64,000 nt of DNA. It comes from Escherichia phage ECO4. Under the pieces are notes generated by a model, which did no database searches, had not been told where the DNA came from, and worked only from the letters and a program-made list of their open reading frames with translations. Below are positions 9,479 to 19,259 of this stretch, piece by piece. The stretch lies in the sequence record NC_054911.1; one strand, written 5' to 3'. The position numbers and the translations under genes were made by a program. The first letter of the stretch is position 1. Each line of letters opens with the position of its first letter.

Positions 9479-9868
9479 TTAACGATTAAAATCAGCCGCA
9501 ATTGTTTCCGCAACAATTTGTGCAGCAACAATTAGACGTTCATCTGCATTACCACAATAATCGTCTTCAAGGCGTTCACCACATGAAGTCATAATAAATT
9601 TAGCACCGGCGTTTAGGGATTCTGCAGTATGTTTGCGCATTAGTTCAATCCATTTATCACTCACTTCGCGATCGATGGCTTCATAATACGCATGGCGAGC
9701 AGGTGCAGATTTAATTTTGCTCTGAATAACTTCCATTGCGTTATCAGAAAGAGACAAAACCCATGCTCGACGAATTTTATTTTGGTTTTGTGGATTTGAT
9801 TCAGAACGCACGTGTTTTGGCTGAATATCTTTTACATCAACAGTATAATTCACAGTAATTTTAGTCAT
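9479..9868 (-). CDS. rpbA: RNA polymerase-binding protein RpbA
   Basis: 129 aa ORF immediately upstream of gene 45, as in T4. Confidence 0.8.
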   Translation of the reverse strand: MTKITVNYTVDVKDIQPKHVRSESNPQNQNKIRRAWVLSLSDNAMEVIQSKIKSAPARHAYYEAIDREVSDKWIELMRKHTAESLNAGAKFIMTSCGERLEDDYCGNADERLIVAAQIVAETIAADFNR

Positions 9869-9877
9869 AATACACCT

Positions 9878-10066
9878 TTAGTCATAATAATCAGTAACAG
9901 TCCAAGCTTCATTTCTATTGGACATTATTTTTGTATATTCTGCTTTAAATGCATTCCTAAGCATAGATTCAGTAACTATATGCTCTTCATTAGAAAAATT
10001 ATTTCTCAGAATATATCGTTTTATTTCAGGAAAAGTTAATAAATGCTGTCCAGTTGAATATTCCAT
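9878..10066 (-). CDS. 45.2: hypothetical protein (45.2 position)
   Basis: 62 aa ORF, RBS GGAGGAA, downstream of MotA-type middle promoter. Confidence 0.6.
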   Translation of the reverse strand: MEYSTGQHLLTFPEIKRYILRNNFSNEEHIVTESMLRNAFKAEYTKIMSNRNEAWTVTDYYD

Positions 10067-10083
10067 GTTTTTCCTCCATAGAG

Positions 10084-10109
10084 ATTATACTCTAATAAAT
10101 TAAAGCATA
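10084..10109 (-). promoter_or_regulatory. MotA-dependent middle promoter upstream of 45.2
   Basis: Minus-strand TATGCTTTA MotA box, about 12 nt spacer, TATAAT. Confidence 0.6.
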
Positions 10110-10121
10110 ATCTCTTATAAA

Positions 10122-11804
10122 TTAAACCATTACAGTAAATCGACCAACTTTCTTCATTTGAAGATGCTGACCATATTCTTGCGGGTCATGGTCTTTATGC
10201 GAAATTATAAAAACATTAGTGTTTTTCATTGAATTTATAATATTAGCTACACCTTTAATACCTTCGGCATCAAATGACCCATCAAACACTTCATCAAGAA
10301 TTAATGTATTAATACTAACACCAGATACGATAGAAGCAATATCACGCCAAGTAAATAAAAGAGCAATATCAATTCGTGCCTTTTCACCTTCACTAAATGA
10401 AGCATAACTAAAATCTTCACGACCACGGGATTTAATTGTCTCATTAAATTCTTCATCTAATGTAAACACATAATCCGCTTCCATTATTTTAAGATAATGG
10501 TTAATCTGCTTATTAAATAATGGAATGTACTTTTTAATAATAGCACCTTTAATACCAGAATCTTTGAGCATATCAGTCAAAATTCCTCGGTGGTATTTTT
10601 CCATTACTAAATTAGTTTTTGTCTTAACAATTTTATCAAGTTCTTCTTGAAGCAATGCTATTTCATCAGCATGGTCAATAAACTCGGATGATGCTTTTTC
10701 TATAGCTGCTTTAACTTTTTTAGCTTTATCTACTGTCGTGATTAGAGATTGCTTTTTATTGCGAATATCATTTGCCAACGACTGCTGGGTTTTAATATTA
10801 TCTCGGTATTCATCAACAAGAACTTTTAAATTATCACGGTGCGTTGAAAGCTGTTCAAACGAATGCGTACATTCAGAAACTTTATCTTTAATTTTAGAAA
10901 CAACTTTATCACCGGAACTTAATTGTGACAAACAGGTTGGACATAATCCACCTTCGTGATACATATTAATGACTTTATTATACGAGTCAATTTTTGATTT
11001 AATTAAAAATGCTTCTTGACCGATTTTATTAAATGCATCAGTCGGGTCTTCATCCAAAACAATATTAACTAATCTTTCATTAGCTTCTTCTATTTCCGAT
11101 TTTAACGTTCTAGCTTCTTTTGCCAAATCATCATACATATTTTGCAGACGAGTAAGGTTGTCACCCGTTAATTTTTTCTGGCGTTCAACGTTATCATTAT
11201 ATATTTTAATTTGTTGGATAATACTATCTTTTTTAACATCAAGCACTTGGTTTTGTGAATTTAATTCACGTATTAGTGCTTTATTAAGCTTATCCATTTC
11301 AGCTAATGTTCCTACCTCAAGCAGGTCTTCCACAAGCTTTCTTCGCGCAGGGGTCGACAAACCCATGAAAGGGGTATACCCTGCTGTACCAAGGACAACA
11401 ATCTGCTTGAAACTGGCATATGACATTCCGATAAGCTGTTCAAATTCTGCTTGGAAATCTTTACTGCTGGCAGATTCATTAAGACGTGTACCGTTAACGG
11501 TGATTTCGAAAACGTTTGGTTTTTGTCCTCTTTTGATATAGTACTTTTTCTCATCATATTCCATCCACAGTTCAACTAAAAGTTCTTTCTTATTTGTGCT
11601 GTTTATTAATTGACCTTTCTTTACATCACGGAATGGCTTGCCAAAAAGCCCAAATGTGATGGCTTCTAACATAGTAGACTTACCACCGCCATTTCGGCCA
11701 GTAATAAGAGTTTTTTGAACCTTATCTAATTGAATGTCAATAGGATTTCCACCTACTGACATTATATTTTGATACCTAACTCGGTTTAGTTTAAAATTCT
11801 TCAC
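10122..11804 (-). CDS. 46: recombination nuclease ATPase subunit (Rad50/SbcC-like)
   Basis: 560 aa; Walker A GRNGGGKST, coiled-coil middle, signature/Walker B LILDEVFDGSFD; GTG start overlapping upstream stop. Confidence 0.93.
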   Translation of the reverse strand: MKNFKLNRVRYQNIMSVGGNPIDIQLDKVQKTLITGRNGGGKSTMLEAITFGLFGKPFRDVKKGQLINSTNKKELLVELWMEYDEKKYYIKRGQKPNVFEITVNGTRLNESASSKDFQAEFEQLIGMSYASFKQIVVLGTAGYTPFMGLSTPARRKLVEDLLEVGTLAEMDKLNKALIRELNSQNQVLDVKKDSIIQQIKIYNDNVERQKKLTGDNLTRLQNMYDDLAKEARTLKSEIEEANERLVNIVLDEDPTDAFNKIGQEAFLIKSKIDSYNKVINMYHEGGLCPTCLSQLSSGDKVVSKIKDKVSECTHSFEQLSTHRDNLKVLVDEYRDNIKTQQSLANDIRNKKQSLITTVDKAKKVKAAIEKASSEFIDHADEIALLQEELDKIVKTKTNLVMEKYHRGILTDMLKDSGIKGAIIKKYIPLFNKQINHYLKIMEADYVFTLDEEFNETIKSRGREDFSYASFSEGEKARIDIALLFTWRDIASIVSGVSINTLILDEVFDGSFDAEGIKGVANIINSMKNTNVFIISHKDHDPQEYGQHLQMKKVGRFTVMV

Positions 11805-12064
11805 AAAAGATTCCTTTTAATGTATCTTTTAGACCATTCTATCATATCATCATAATCTAAAAAGTATTCATCAAATTCAGCCATGCAAACAACGCCTTGT
11901 GCTGTTTTTGATGTAATATAAATTATTCCAACATATCTAGAATCTTCTTCGGTATAATCAATGTTTGCTATGAATTCATCATTAATGTCAAATGTCGAAA
12001 ACTTCACAGTATGCATCCTTAATACAAGATACGGCCATATCTCGCAATGATTTAGGTGTGTCAT
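11801..12064 (-). CDS. hypothetical protein (46.1 position)
   Basis: ORF between 46.2 and 46; start uncertain (overlaps 46.2 if full length). Confidence 0.4.
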   Translation of the reverse strand: MTHLNHCEIWPYLVLRMHTVKFSTFDINDEFIANIDYTEEDSRYVGIIYITSKTAQGVVCMAEFDEYFLDYDDMIEWSKRYIKRNLL

Positions 12065-12251
12065 TATCTAAAATGTTGAAGTTAAAAGATACAGCCCAGT
12101 CAGTGCAGACCGTGACCTTTTTAATACAATTATCTTCAACCTCTAGCGGTTCAAACCAATATTCAATAATTTCTTTATGCCCAATATCATCTTTTACTTC
12201 GCATTCAAAATGCTGACTCATCATAACATTTTTAAATTCATCAAAAGTCAT
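11988..12251 (-). CDS. hypothetical protein (46.2 position)
   Basis: 87 aa ORF directly downstream of gene 47. Confidence 0.5.
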   Translation of the reverse strand: MTFDEFKNVMMSQHFECEVKDDIGHKEIIEYWFEPLEVEDNCIKKVTVCTDWAVSFNFNILDNDTPKSLRDMAVSCIKDAYCEVFDI

Positions 12252-13267
12252 TGTGTTGCCTCTACATATAACTGATTTGCATATTGAATAAGTGCTTCAC
12301 GGTCAGAATCAGTGATGTCTGGAATTGCATTAATGTATTCTTCCATCAACGTCTGAAGAGATTGAACTTCAACTTCTTCACTGTCATCTGACTCGACAGA
12401 GTTATCAATCTTTGACACAACTCGTAATGAATGCACAACTTTTTCTAGTTCAGATTCGAACTTCGTTAGATTTTTGTCTACTTCAGTTACTATAACACGT
12501 ACTGATAGATTTGTAAAATCTTTATAGTCAATTTTTCCTTTAAATGGATAATGAATTCTACGATGCCAGGTAGTGTTGTTTGGAATAAATTCCATTCGTT
12601 CTGTTTCTGTATCAAACATCCAGAACCCACGAGGGTCATTCTCGTCACCTGCAGTTAGTGTCCATGGTGTCCCAATATATCTGACGTTAGCAGCCTCAGA
12701 GATAGTATGGAAGTGACCAGACCACACCTCTTTATAAGTCTTAAGGAAATCAGGTTCAAGACCGTGAGATTTCATTCCTTTATAAAAATAAAATCCATTC
12801 AGTTCCCAGTGACCAACACAAAAAGAAGCAGATGAAGTTTTGATGTGCTCAAGAATTTCACCAGTATTTTCTTCGCACATCCAAGGAATTAAATCAATCA
12901 AACATCCGTCAAAATCTACTGTAGTAGGCTTATCATATACTTTAACATTAGGATATTTAGCCAAAAGCTCAGTAGAGGCATTTGGATGCATTACATTTTT
13001 GTAGTGGAGATCGTGATTTCCTACAATAGTATGTAATGTGATTCCAGCGTCATCAAGCATTTGAACTATTTCACGGGCAAACTCCATAGTTTTATGTGTG
13101 ATTGCTTTTCGCACATCAAAAATATCACCATATTGAATCCATACAGTAATTCCATTTTTCTTAGAATATTCTATCGCTTGCTTAATTCCATCAATTTGAA
13201 TACCGCGAATCCACTCATCATCAGCTTTAACGCCTAAATGCCAATCACCCAAGTTTAGTATTTTCAT
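12248..13267 (-). CDS. 47: recombination nuclease subunit (Mre11/SbcD-like phosphoesterase)
   Basis: 339 aa; phosphoesterase motifs GDWH, GDIFD, GNHD; matches recalled T4 gp47. Confidence 0.93.
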   Translation of the reverse strand: MKILNLGDWHLGVKADDEWIRGIQIDGIKQAIEYSKKNGITVWIQYGDIFDVRKAITHKTMEFAREIVQMLDDAGITLHTIVGNHDLHYKNVMHPNASTELLAKYPNVKVYDKPTTVDFDGCLIDLIPWMCEENTGEILEHIKTSSASFCVGHWELNGFYFYKGMKSHGLEPDFLKTYKEVWSGHFHTISEAANVRYIGTPWTLTAGDENDPRGFWMFDTETERMEFIPNNTTWHRRIHYPFKGKIDYKDFTNLSVRVIVTEVDKNLTKFESELEKVVHSLRVVSKIDNSVESDDSEEVEVQSLQTLMEEYINAIPDITDSDREALIQYANQLYVEATQ

Positions 13268-13868
13268 GGTGTCTTTTCCATCCTAATTTAGCTGCTTTTG
13301 AAACCAGTTCTTTAATTTTTCCTTTTGTCCATTCAGGACCAGGAGGTTCATGACATAACATTTGCTTAACTCCGTTATTATACCATTTTTTACCTTTATT
13401 ATGTGATGAAGCTTTAAATTTATTTGACCTTCCTTTTACATAACCTTCTGGAATATAAGGCAAAAAGGCAGATTTTCCTGTTAATGGATCATGTGAATGT
13501 ATATTTCCTTTACAATTATGAGAACCATATAATGGATGATTTTGTCCTTTATTATCTCTTCCAAATGAACCTTTTGGAGCAGCATATGACATATTAAAGA
13601 ATAATGGATTTTTAACTGCATCATGCAATCGTTGATAATATAACTCGCATTTAATAGCTTCTTCACGCGTATCAAATTCAGCTAAAATGCATGAATCAAA
13701 TAAGTGAGGATTATCTGAAAGCTCTTTATTATAAATTTTCTTATACTTTTTAGATAAAACTGAACCATGATATCCAGCTAAATGCCTATCTAAAGACGTA
13801 GATCCAATATAAAAAGGAGGAAGTTTATCTCCACTATATATTGTTAAATAAGTTATATATTTTTTCAT
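13245..13868 (-). CDS. putative GIY-YIG-like homing endonuclease
   Basis: N-terminus KKYITYLTIYSGDKLPPFYIGSTSLDRH resembles GIY-(10-12 aa)-YIG; basic C-terminal region with NHPLYG/HS repeats resembling Seg-type DNA-binding modules; overlaps gene 47 start. Confidence 0.5.
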   Translation of the reverse strand: MKKYITYLTIYSGDKLPPFYIGSTSLDRHLAGYHGSVLSKKYKKIYNKELSDNPHLFDSCILAEFDTREEAIKCELYYQRLHDAVKNPLFFNMSYAAPKGSFGRDNKGQNHPLYGSHNCKGNIHSHDPLTGKSAFLPYIPEGYVKGRSNKFKASSHNKGKKWYNNGVKQMLCHEPPGPEWTKGKIKELVSKAAKLGWKRHHENTKLG

Positions 13869-14028
13869 ATATCAAGAACCGTCATTGAAATGCAAAATAA
13901 AATTATTGAAATAAACCCATCTGGTGTGCTAAAGAAACCAATCCAGCATGCTCTAGTGAATAGATAAAATGCAAGAAAAAGTATCACATATCCAAGAAAT
14001 ATCATTATATCAAACTCCGTATAAAGCT

Positions 14029-14046
14029 AAAGGGCCGAAGCCCTTT
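14029..14046 (-). other. UUCG-tetraloop RNA hairpin at a-gt stop codon
   Basis: mRNA AAAGGGC-UUCG-GCCCUUU. Confidence 0.6.
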
Positions 14047-15247
14047 ATTTTGTAATAATGTCAAACTGTTCTTTAAAGCAGAAGCTTGAATCTTGATGCT
14101 GATACAAAAATTCATATGCTTTTTCTCGCTCACGGTCATAAAGAGCTCGGTCAGATGACAGTTCTTTAATACGTTCAAACGTTGATTCCATATCATTTTC
14201 ATCAAACCAAATGATACCGCTATCATGCGAGGTCAAAGGAGTATTATCAACACGGAATTTTAAATTTTCGCCAGTAGATTTCCAAAATACCGGAATTGTT
14301 CCACATGCACCAAGCTCGAGATGAGTATATTCTAAAGAACGTTGTAGATATTTTTTATCCAACTTACTCAGCTGATAACCAAATCCGGATTTACTCATGC
14401 GTTCAAGCATTTCGCTATTTACATAACGGTCAAGAATTTGCGTTGGCAAATTAGGAGCAATTTTAATTTGGTCTACTTGATGAAGACGATAATACTCGTA
14501 TGGAATTCCTTTTTCTTTAATAGGAATGAACGCTGGAGAACGTTCCAGACCTTCCATAATAGTACTTAGTCCTGCAGGTTTAAGATGTTTTTCATGAAAA
14601 TCAAACATCTGATAAAAACCTTTCCATGTAGTCGTACGACCAATCCAACGGTTGATATTCATGTTAATTTCAGAAACATCTTTCCAGTAGGTTGATCTAA
14701 CCTTCGCAATATCCATAGGAGGCTGAAAGTTATATACTGTCGGTGCTTCTTCAATATCATCAAACAGAGAAACTGTTTCAGGATACCATTCTTTCATCAG
14801 AACTTTATTAAAATCACCATTATCAGAATGGCTAAAAATAACATCAGCTCGACGAACAGTTTCTTCTAATCCCAAATTTCGACGCAAAGAAAGAGAAGAA
14901 TGGTCATGTTGATAAACTACAACACGAACAGAAGGTTTAATGTTATCAATAATTTTTTTATAGTTATTAATAGTGTCTTCTTCAACCGAAGTAGCAGGAA
15001 CTGAATTAATAATTAGAATATCACAATCATTTACCAGCTTAAGTGTTTTATCATATTCTTTTGCCAATAAAACCGGAATTGAAAATGATTTATAATCATG
15101 CGCGCAATTACGAGTAAATGATTTATCTTTAGCATAAACCAAAGTTACTTCATGACCATTTTTAATAAACCAATCACGCTGCTCAAGAGAAAATTTAGTT
15201 ACACCGCAACCTTCAAGACCCCGAGCCAGAAAAATGCATACTTTCAT
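14045..15247 (-). CDS. a-gt: alpha-glucosyltransferase (HMC-DNA)
   Basis: 400 aa MKVCIFLARGLEGCGVTKFSLEQRDWFIKNGHEV..., matches recalled T4 alpha-gt. Confidence 0.93.
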   Translation of the reverse strand: MKVCIFLARGLEGCGVTKFSLEQRDWFIKNGHEVTLVYAKDKSFTRNCAHDYKSFSIPVLLAKEYDKTLKLVNDCDILIINSVPATSVEEDTINNYKKIIDNIKPSVRVVVYQHDHSSLSLRRNLGLEETVRRADVIFSHSDNGDFNKVLMKEWYPETVSLFDDIEEAPTVYNFQPPMDIAKVRSTYWKDVSEINMNINRWIGRTTTWKGFYQMFDFHEKHLKPAGLSTIMEGLERSPAFIPIKEKGIPYEYYRLHQVDQIKIAPNLPTQILDRYVNSEMLERMSKSGFGYQLSKLDKKYLQRSLEYTHLELGACGTIPVFWKSTGENLKFRVDNTPLTSHDSGIIWFDENDMESTFERIKELSSDRALYDREREKAYEFLYQHQDSSFCFKEQFDIITK

Positions 15248-15297
15248 TTAATATCCTCATTGTTTTGGTTTATTTTACCAAAAATTTATAAAGCAAT

Positions 15298-15317
15298 ATA
15301 GGAGCCGAAGCTCCTAT
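15298..15317 (-). other. UUCG-tetraloop RNA hairpin
   Basis: mRNA AUAGGAGC-UUCG-GCUCCUAU. Confidence 0.55.
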
Positions 15318-15490
15318 CCACATAATACGCCATACAAAGGCTCATTAGAGCTTCTAAATTTTCTGCGCCTATATGTTATAGTTCCTTCTGCTTTAGCTTT
15401 ATCGTAAGACTCTTTAAAGCGTCTCATCATTTCTACTTTAGAGGAACGAATTTTATTATAATCTATTTCAGAAGTCTGGGTGTTCATCTT

Positions 15491-15697
15491 TCATAACTGC
15501 CACCATTTTTTGACTTGATAAGAATCAACCCACACTTTCATATTAGGGTCTGCTCTTACAATAGGAGGATTAACTTCTTTAATTGAACTATCATGGTATT
15601 CTTTTTCAGAAATTTTCACACAAAGATGACCATTCAAAGATTCAGTAAATCCTGCATTAATTTTAAGACGCTTGAATTTTACGTGTGTAAGCATCAA
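15491..15697 (-). CDS. hypothetical protein
   Basis: ORF on early strand between a-gt and 55; start approximate. Confidence 0.4.
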   Translation of the reverse strand: MMLTHVKFKRLKINAGFTESLNGHLCVKISEKEYHDSSIKEVNPPIVRADPNMKVWVDSYQVKKWWQL

Positions 15698-15980
15698 TCA
15701 TATCCTCAATCTGCGATCTAGTAGTCTTCCAAAGAATACTGATGAGTTCATCGTTATATGGCTGTTTCAGAATATCCCGACTTTTCTTGATAGCATATTC
15801 GTATTGAGCAAAATTATTGTTTTCAGCTGCGATCTGAGCGTGCTTATAAAGACGATTCAGTTCGCGTTTGTTTTTAGACAATAACTTATTTGCTTTTCTT
15901 TCTGCTTCAAGACGGTTCTTTTCTTCAATAGAAGAAATAAGCTTTTCCACTTCATCATTAATTTCGGGTTTATCAGTCAT
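15663..15980 (-). CDS. hypothetical protein
   Basis: 105 aa ORF, charged/helical composition. Confidence 0.5.
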   Translation of the reverse strand: MTDKPEINDEVEKLISSIEEKNRLEAERKANKLLSKNKRELNRLYKHAQIAAENNNFAQYEYAIKKSRDILKQPYNDELISILWKTTRSQIEDMIDAYTRKIQAS

Positions 15981-15981
15981 A

Positions 15982-16200
15982 TTATTTCTCTAATATAAAA
16001 TAAAAATCATCATCTGTTAAATGATACCTGTAATTTAATTCTACACCATTAGATTTAAAAGCGGTATCATACGGATTTTCTGGATCAATATCAATGTCAA
16101 GAGCTAAAACTTCCCTGAGATACATTTTAAGTAAATAGGGAATAGCTTCAACTTCAGGTATTTCTTCCAAGAATCCGGAGAGGTTAATCGTTAGCCTCAT
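15982..16200 (-). CDS. hypothetical protein
   Basis: 72 aa ORF immediately downstream of gene 55. Confidence 0.5.
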
Positions 16201-16741
16201 ATAAAAAATCCAAACTAGGAGAATCGTCTACAACACTTTTCTTTTCAGCCCCCGGTGTTCTATAGGTTGATTCTTCGTAATGCGTCATTTTATCGTAGAT
16301 GTCTTGAATAAAAGTTTCATCTACTAACGCAACCATATCGTCGTCACGACTGTCATAGACATTGTGAACGAAGTAACTGTATTTCTTTGCAACTTCCTTA
16401 CGTTCTTTTTTAATACGTTGGACGAATGCATTAAAACAAGCTTGAGTTATATATGCATGTGGGTTTTTATATTTCGTTTCATCAAAATTATGAAGCCCCT
16501 TAATAGAAGCTTCTATACCATCTGCAATCATTTCTTGTTTCCAGGACTGGGTGTATCCTGAAAAGTTGAAACGCTTAGATAAGCCTTCTGCAATAAGCAT
16601 AATGGCTAATCCGATAGTATCATTCTGACGAACTACTTTATTTGGGTCTTTATTATTTGCTAATTCTGTTTTCCAATCAATAATAGCTTGTAAAAGCTCT
16701 TTATTGTTTACGTAATTATATTTAGGCTTAGTTTCTGACAT
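16184..16741 (-). CDS. 55: late-transcription sigma factor
   Basis: 185 aa from [23 protein letters not shown]; RBS GAGGTGAAA; track start is GTG artefact. Confidence 0.93.
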
Positions 16742-16819
16742 TTTCACCTCTTAGCTCAATTCATAGATCTATTATATCATAATATTTGAAGATCTATCTT
16801 AAAGCATAGAGGATATCAG

Positions 16820-17089
16820 TTATCTAAGTAAGCAGTATGCTTGGAATACTTTCTCCATCATCTTTTTAAATTCATGAATATCTATATAATGACTAGTTAG
16901 ATCAGCATGATATAAAAAGTCTAAAAACTTTTCATGTGTGCTAACATATTCGCTTTCATTTAATTCAGAAACATGGCTTTCCCAATATCCAACACCAGTC
17001 TTATTTGGGAAAAATGAAATTTTCATGTATTGGTCAACATAGAAAATGCCATAATTTTCAATAGTAATAGAAATATTAATAAATTTCAT
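16820..17089 (-). CDS. hypothetical protein (55.x region)
   Basis: 89 aa ORF on early strand. Confidence 0.45.
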   Translation of the reverse strand: MKFINISITIENYGIFYVDQYMKISFFPNKTGVGYWESHVSELNESEYVSTHEKFLDFLYHADLTSHYIDIHEFKKMMEKVFQAYCLLR

Positions 17090-17301
17090 ACATTCATCAA
17101 CTTAGCCGCTTCAAGAGCTGCATCTAGTGAATCAAATTGGTCAACATATTCAATCAATTCGCCGTAATTGGCATATAACCACCATTGGCTAAATTCATAC
17201 TCAAGGATGAATCCGTTTCCTTCAATTTGAGTTAAACCAATGCCATTTATATTTACTTCATATCCAGCAAGACGCAAATCGTTAATAAGAGCTTCGTTCA
17301 T
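17086..17301 (-). CDS. hypothetical protein (55.x region)
   Basis: 71 aa acidic ORF, stop/start overlap with neighbours. Confidence 0.5.
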   Translation of the reverse strand: MNEALINDLRLAGYEVNINGIGLTQIEGNGFILEYEFSQWWLYANYGELIEYVDQFDSLDAALEAAKLMNV

Positions 17302-17303
17302 AA

Positions 17304-17630
17304 TTATACCTTAGTAATTTTCAGGTCTGCAAATTTTTTCTTGCGTTGATTTTTCATACGACGAATAGTTTTATCGGAAATTTCATGCTTTTGATAAGCT
17401 TTAGATTCTACACCAAAAGCTTTAACATCAAATTCTGACAAGATATATTGAACCAGCAATTCACGGACAGTATTGCGTCCAATCTTCTGATCATTCTGTT
17501 TCATCATCTGATGAAGCTCTTTTTCCCATTTATCCAAAATTTGAGGAGTTACAATATCGCCTTTTTCTAGCAAAGAAACTACTTTATCATATGCGTAAGA
17601 ATTAATGACGTTTTTAATTTGAATAGTCAT
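17304..17630 (-). CDS. hypothetical protein (55.x region)
   Basis: 108 aa ORF. Confidence 0.5.
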   Translation of the reverse strand: MTIQIKNVINSYAYDKVVSLLEKGDIVTPQILDKWEKELHQMMKQNDQKIGRNTVRELLVQYILSEFDVKAFGVESKAYQKHEISDKTIRRMKNQRKKKFADLKITKV

Positions 17631-17668
17631 ACATTATCCTCAATTACGTTAAAATTTTATTATCCAAA

Positions 17669-17684
17669 AAGGGCCGAAGCCCTT
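17669..17684 (-). other. UUCG-tetraloop RNA hairpin
   Basis: mRNA AAGGGC-UUCG-GCCCUU overlapping stop codon of ORF 17683-17883. Confidence 0.55.
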
Positions 17685-17883
17685 AGCTAAACTTTTTGGC
17701 ACCCTTCCAGCCTTCGTACATCATTGCGACTGACAATGACAAAGCTCCTTCACATGCTGCATACTTATTATTCCAGAACCAATTTAGAAAAACTTCATCC
17801 TCAATACCATTGTGTTTCATGTTCTGGAAAAAATTGGCGCGTTCTTCACGAAGCTTTTGCGATAATTTAGATTCAGGATTCAT
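17683..17883 (-). CDS. hypothetical protein
   Basis: 66 aa ORF; UUCG hairpin at its stop codon. Confidence 0.45.
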   Translation of the reverse strand: MNPESKLSQKLREERANFFQNMKHNGIEDEVFLNWFWNNKYAACEGALSLSVAMMYEGWKGAKKFS

Positions 17884-18099
17884 TTAAATTTCCCAATTAC
17901 CATTTTCATCAATAAATTTAATCCAGTCATTTACTGACCACTTGGTCGTATCGCCTTTTGGAGCAACATTTAAAGTGTATAATCCTTGTTTAAAAAGCAT
18001 TCGTTTGATATTCATATTTTCCTCAGCTGTAACGATAGCACTCGTTTGATTTGCGCTTAGCAACTCGTTGAGAAGTATTGTAATCAAAATCATCGTCAA
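17884..18099 (-). CDS. hypothetical protein
   Basis: 71 aa ORF. Confidence 0.45.
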   Translation of the reverse strand: MTMILITILLNELLSANQTSAIVTAEENMNIKRMLFKQGLYTLNVAPKGDTTKWSVNDWIKFIDENGNWEI

Positions 18100-18128
18100 T
18101 GTAAACTGATTTTTTCAACTTTCTTACT

Positions 18129-18356
18129 TCACCACGTAATTGGCGGATTTAGCTCATCTTTAACTTCTGAATCAATACCTTTCATTCTACGCCATTTATC
18201 AGAGCGAAAAATGTTTTCAACCATATCTTTATGACTTACACCATCAGGAGCTTTACGCTTTCCGAAATAGTCATAATCACGCACTTTTAAGTCTTTACGA
18301 CGATACGTTTTACCCATGGAGTTTAATTTCCTTAGCAACTGAACTAAATACAGCAC
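18129..18356 (-). CDS. hypothetical protein
   Basis: 75 aa basic ORF. Confidence 0.45.
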   Translation of the reverse strand: MLYLVQLLRKLNSMGKTYRRKDLKVRDYDYFGKRKAPDGVSHKDMVENIFRSDKWRRMKGIDSEVKDELNPPITW

Positions 18357-18492
18357 GATCGCAAATCATGCGTTTATGTAACTTGAGTATAATATAGCAA
18401 ACTTCAAAACTATTTACATGAGTAACACGAACAGCATTACCATTAATGAGATAATACTGTCCCTTTTTAATTTCTTTATCAACCATAACCAT
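18310..18492 (-). CDS. hypothetical protein
   Basis: 60 aa ORF directly downstream of an early promoter. Confidence 0.4.
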   Translation of the reverse strand: MVMVDKEIKKGQYYLINGNAVRVTHVNSFEVCYIILKLHKRMICDRAVFSSVAKEIKLHG

Positions 18493-18522
18493 ATCAATTC
18501 CTCAAAGGCAATTCATATGTTA

Positions 18523-18552
18523 ATAATACCACAGTTTGAGCTTGTTGTAAAC
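18523..18552 (-). promoter_or_regulatory. early promoter, GTTTAC-18nt-TATTAT
   Basis: Same architecture upstream of ORF 18310-18492. Confidence 0.65.
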
Positions 18553-18620
18553 AACTTTGTGAAAATTATTTTAGGGAATGATAAGAAGGGAACGATAGCT
18601 TAGAATGGTAATATACAGAA

Positions 18621-18647
18621 TGTGAGAAAGAAAGGCCCAGAGGGCCC
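18621..18647 (-). terminator. intrinsic terminator after nrdH
   Basis: GC-rich hairpin GGCCC-AGA-GGGCC followed by U-rich tract. Confidence 0.55.
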
Positions 18648-18650
18648 GTC

Positions 18651-18974
18651 TTAGTCTTCTATGATATCTCTATCATATCCAAGTGAAATGAGAGTTTCTT
18701 TGAAGTGTTTAATGTTCTTTTGTCTAGAATCATTAATGAAAATGACTGGATAACGAATGTTAAGAGATGTGAATCCAGCGCGTTTAGCAAGAGATACAAT
18801 CAGCGGACGATCATACTCAATCTTACCGTTATTTGTAAGAACTTTATAGAAAGTAAAAGGAGCATTAAGCTCCTTTAGAAGTTTTGTAACTGATTGACAT
18901 CCAGGACAACGACCTACTTCTTCGGGGATGCCATAGATTTCAATCTTATTCTTTAAATTCGAGTTTTGTTCCAC
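18651..18974 (-). CDS. nrdH: glutaredoxin-like protein
   Basis: CPGC redox motif, KIEIYGIPEEVGRCPGCQSV; no in-frame ATG, probable GTG start at 18974 (uncertain); terminator hairpin just downstream. Confidence 0.55.
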   Translation of the reverse strand: MEQNSNLKNKIEIYGIPEEVGRCPGCQSVTKLLKELNAPFTFYKVLTNNGKIEYDRPLIVSLAKRAGFTSLNIRYPVIFINDSRQKNIKHFKETLISLGYDRDIIED

Positions 18975-19257
18975 GAGAAATAATTCCTTGATAAGCCCAG
19001 TATGGCGGGTTAACAGAATCCTCACCAGAGTTTTCTTCAGGAAAATAAACCTGGATAACGAAGCCGGATTCATCAAAGGTGAAATAAGTAGTAGGCAGTT
19101 CACCTAACAAATCGGCACGAGCGTTGATTTCTTCGAGGTCTTGTTCACGTCCAGCCCAGAAGCTTGGGTTCAGACTACATTCATAGAAATAATAGTCATT
19201 ACCGAACATATCAAAACCATTCCAACTCTCTACTACATACCGCTCAAAACTAATCAT
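18946..19257 (-). CDS. hypothetical protein
   Basis: 103 aa ORF. Confidence 0.45.
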   Translation of the reverse strand: MISFERYVVESWNGFDMFGNDYYFYECSLNPSFWAGREQDLEEINARADLLGELPTTYFTFDESGFVIQVYFPEENSGEDSVNPPYWAYQGIISRGTKLEFKE

Positions 19258-19259
19258 AA

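Noticed and set aside
11158-11541. 127-aa plus-strand ORF and overlapping 87-aa minus ORF (11312-11575)
   Set aside because: Both lie inside gene 46 in alternative frames or antisense; gene 46 is a continuous 560-codon frame with clear ATPase motifs.
14005-14226. 73-aa minus-strand ORF
   Set aside because: Out-of-frame overlap with the 3' end of a-gt.
16748-16820. Possible MotA-box middle promoter upstream of gene 55
   Set aside because: TGCTTTA is present but spacing to the nearest TAnnnT element is about 15 nt rather than about 12; too uncertain to call.
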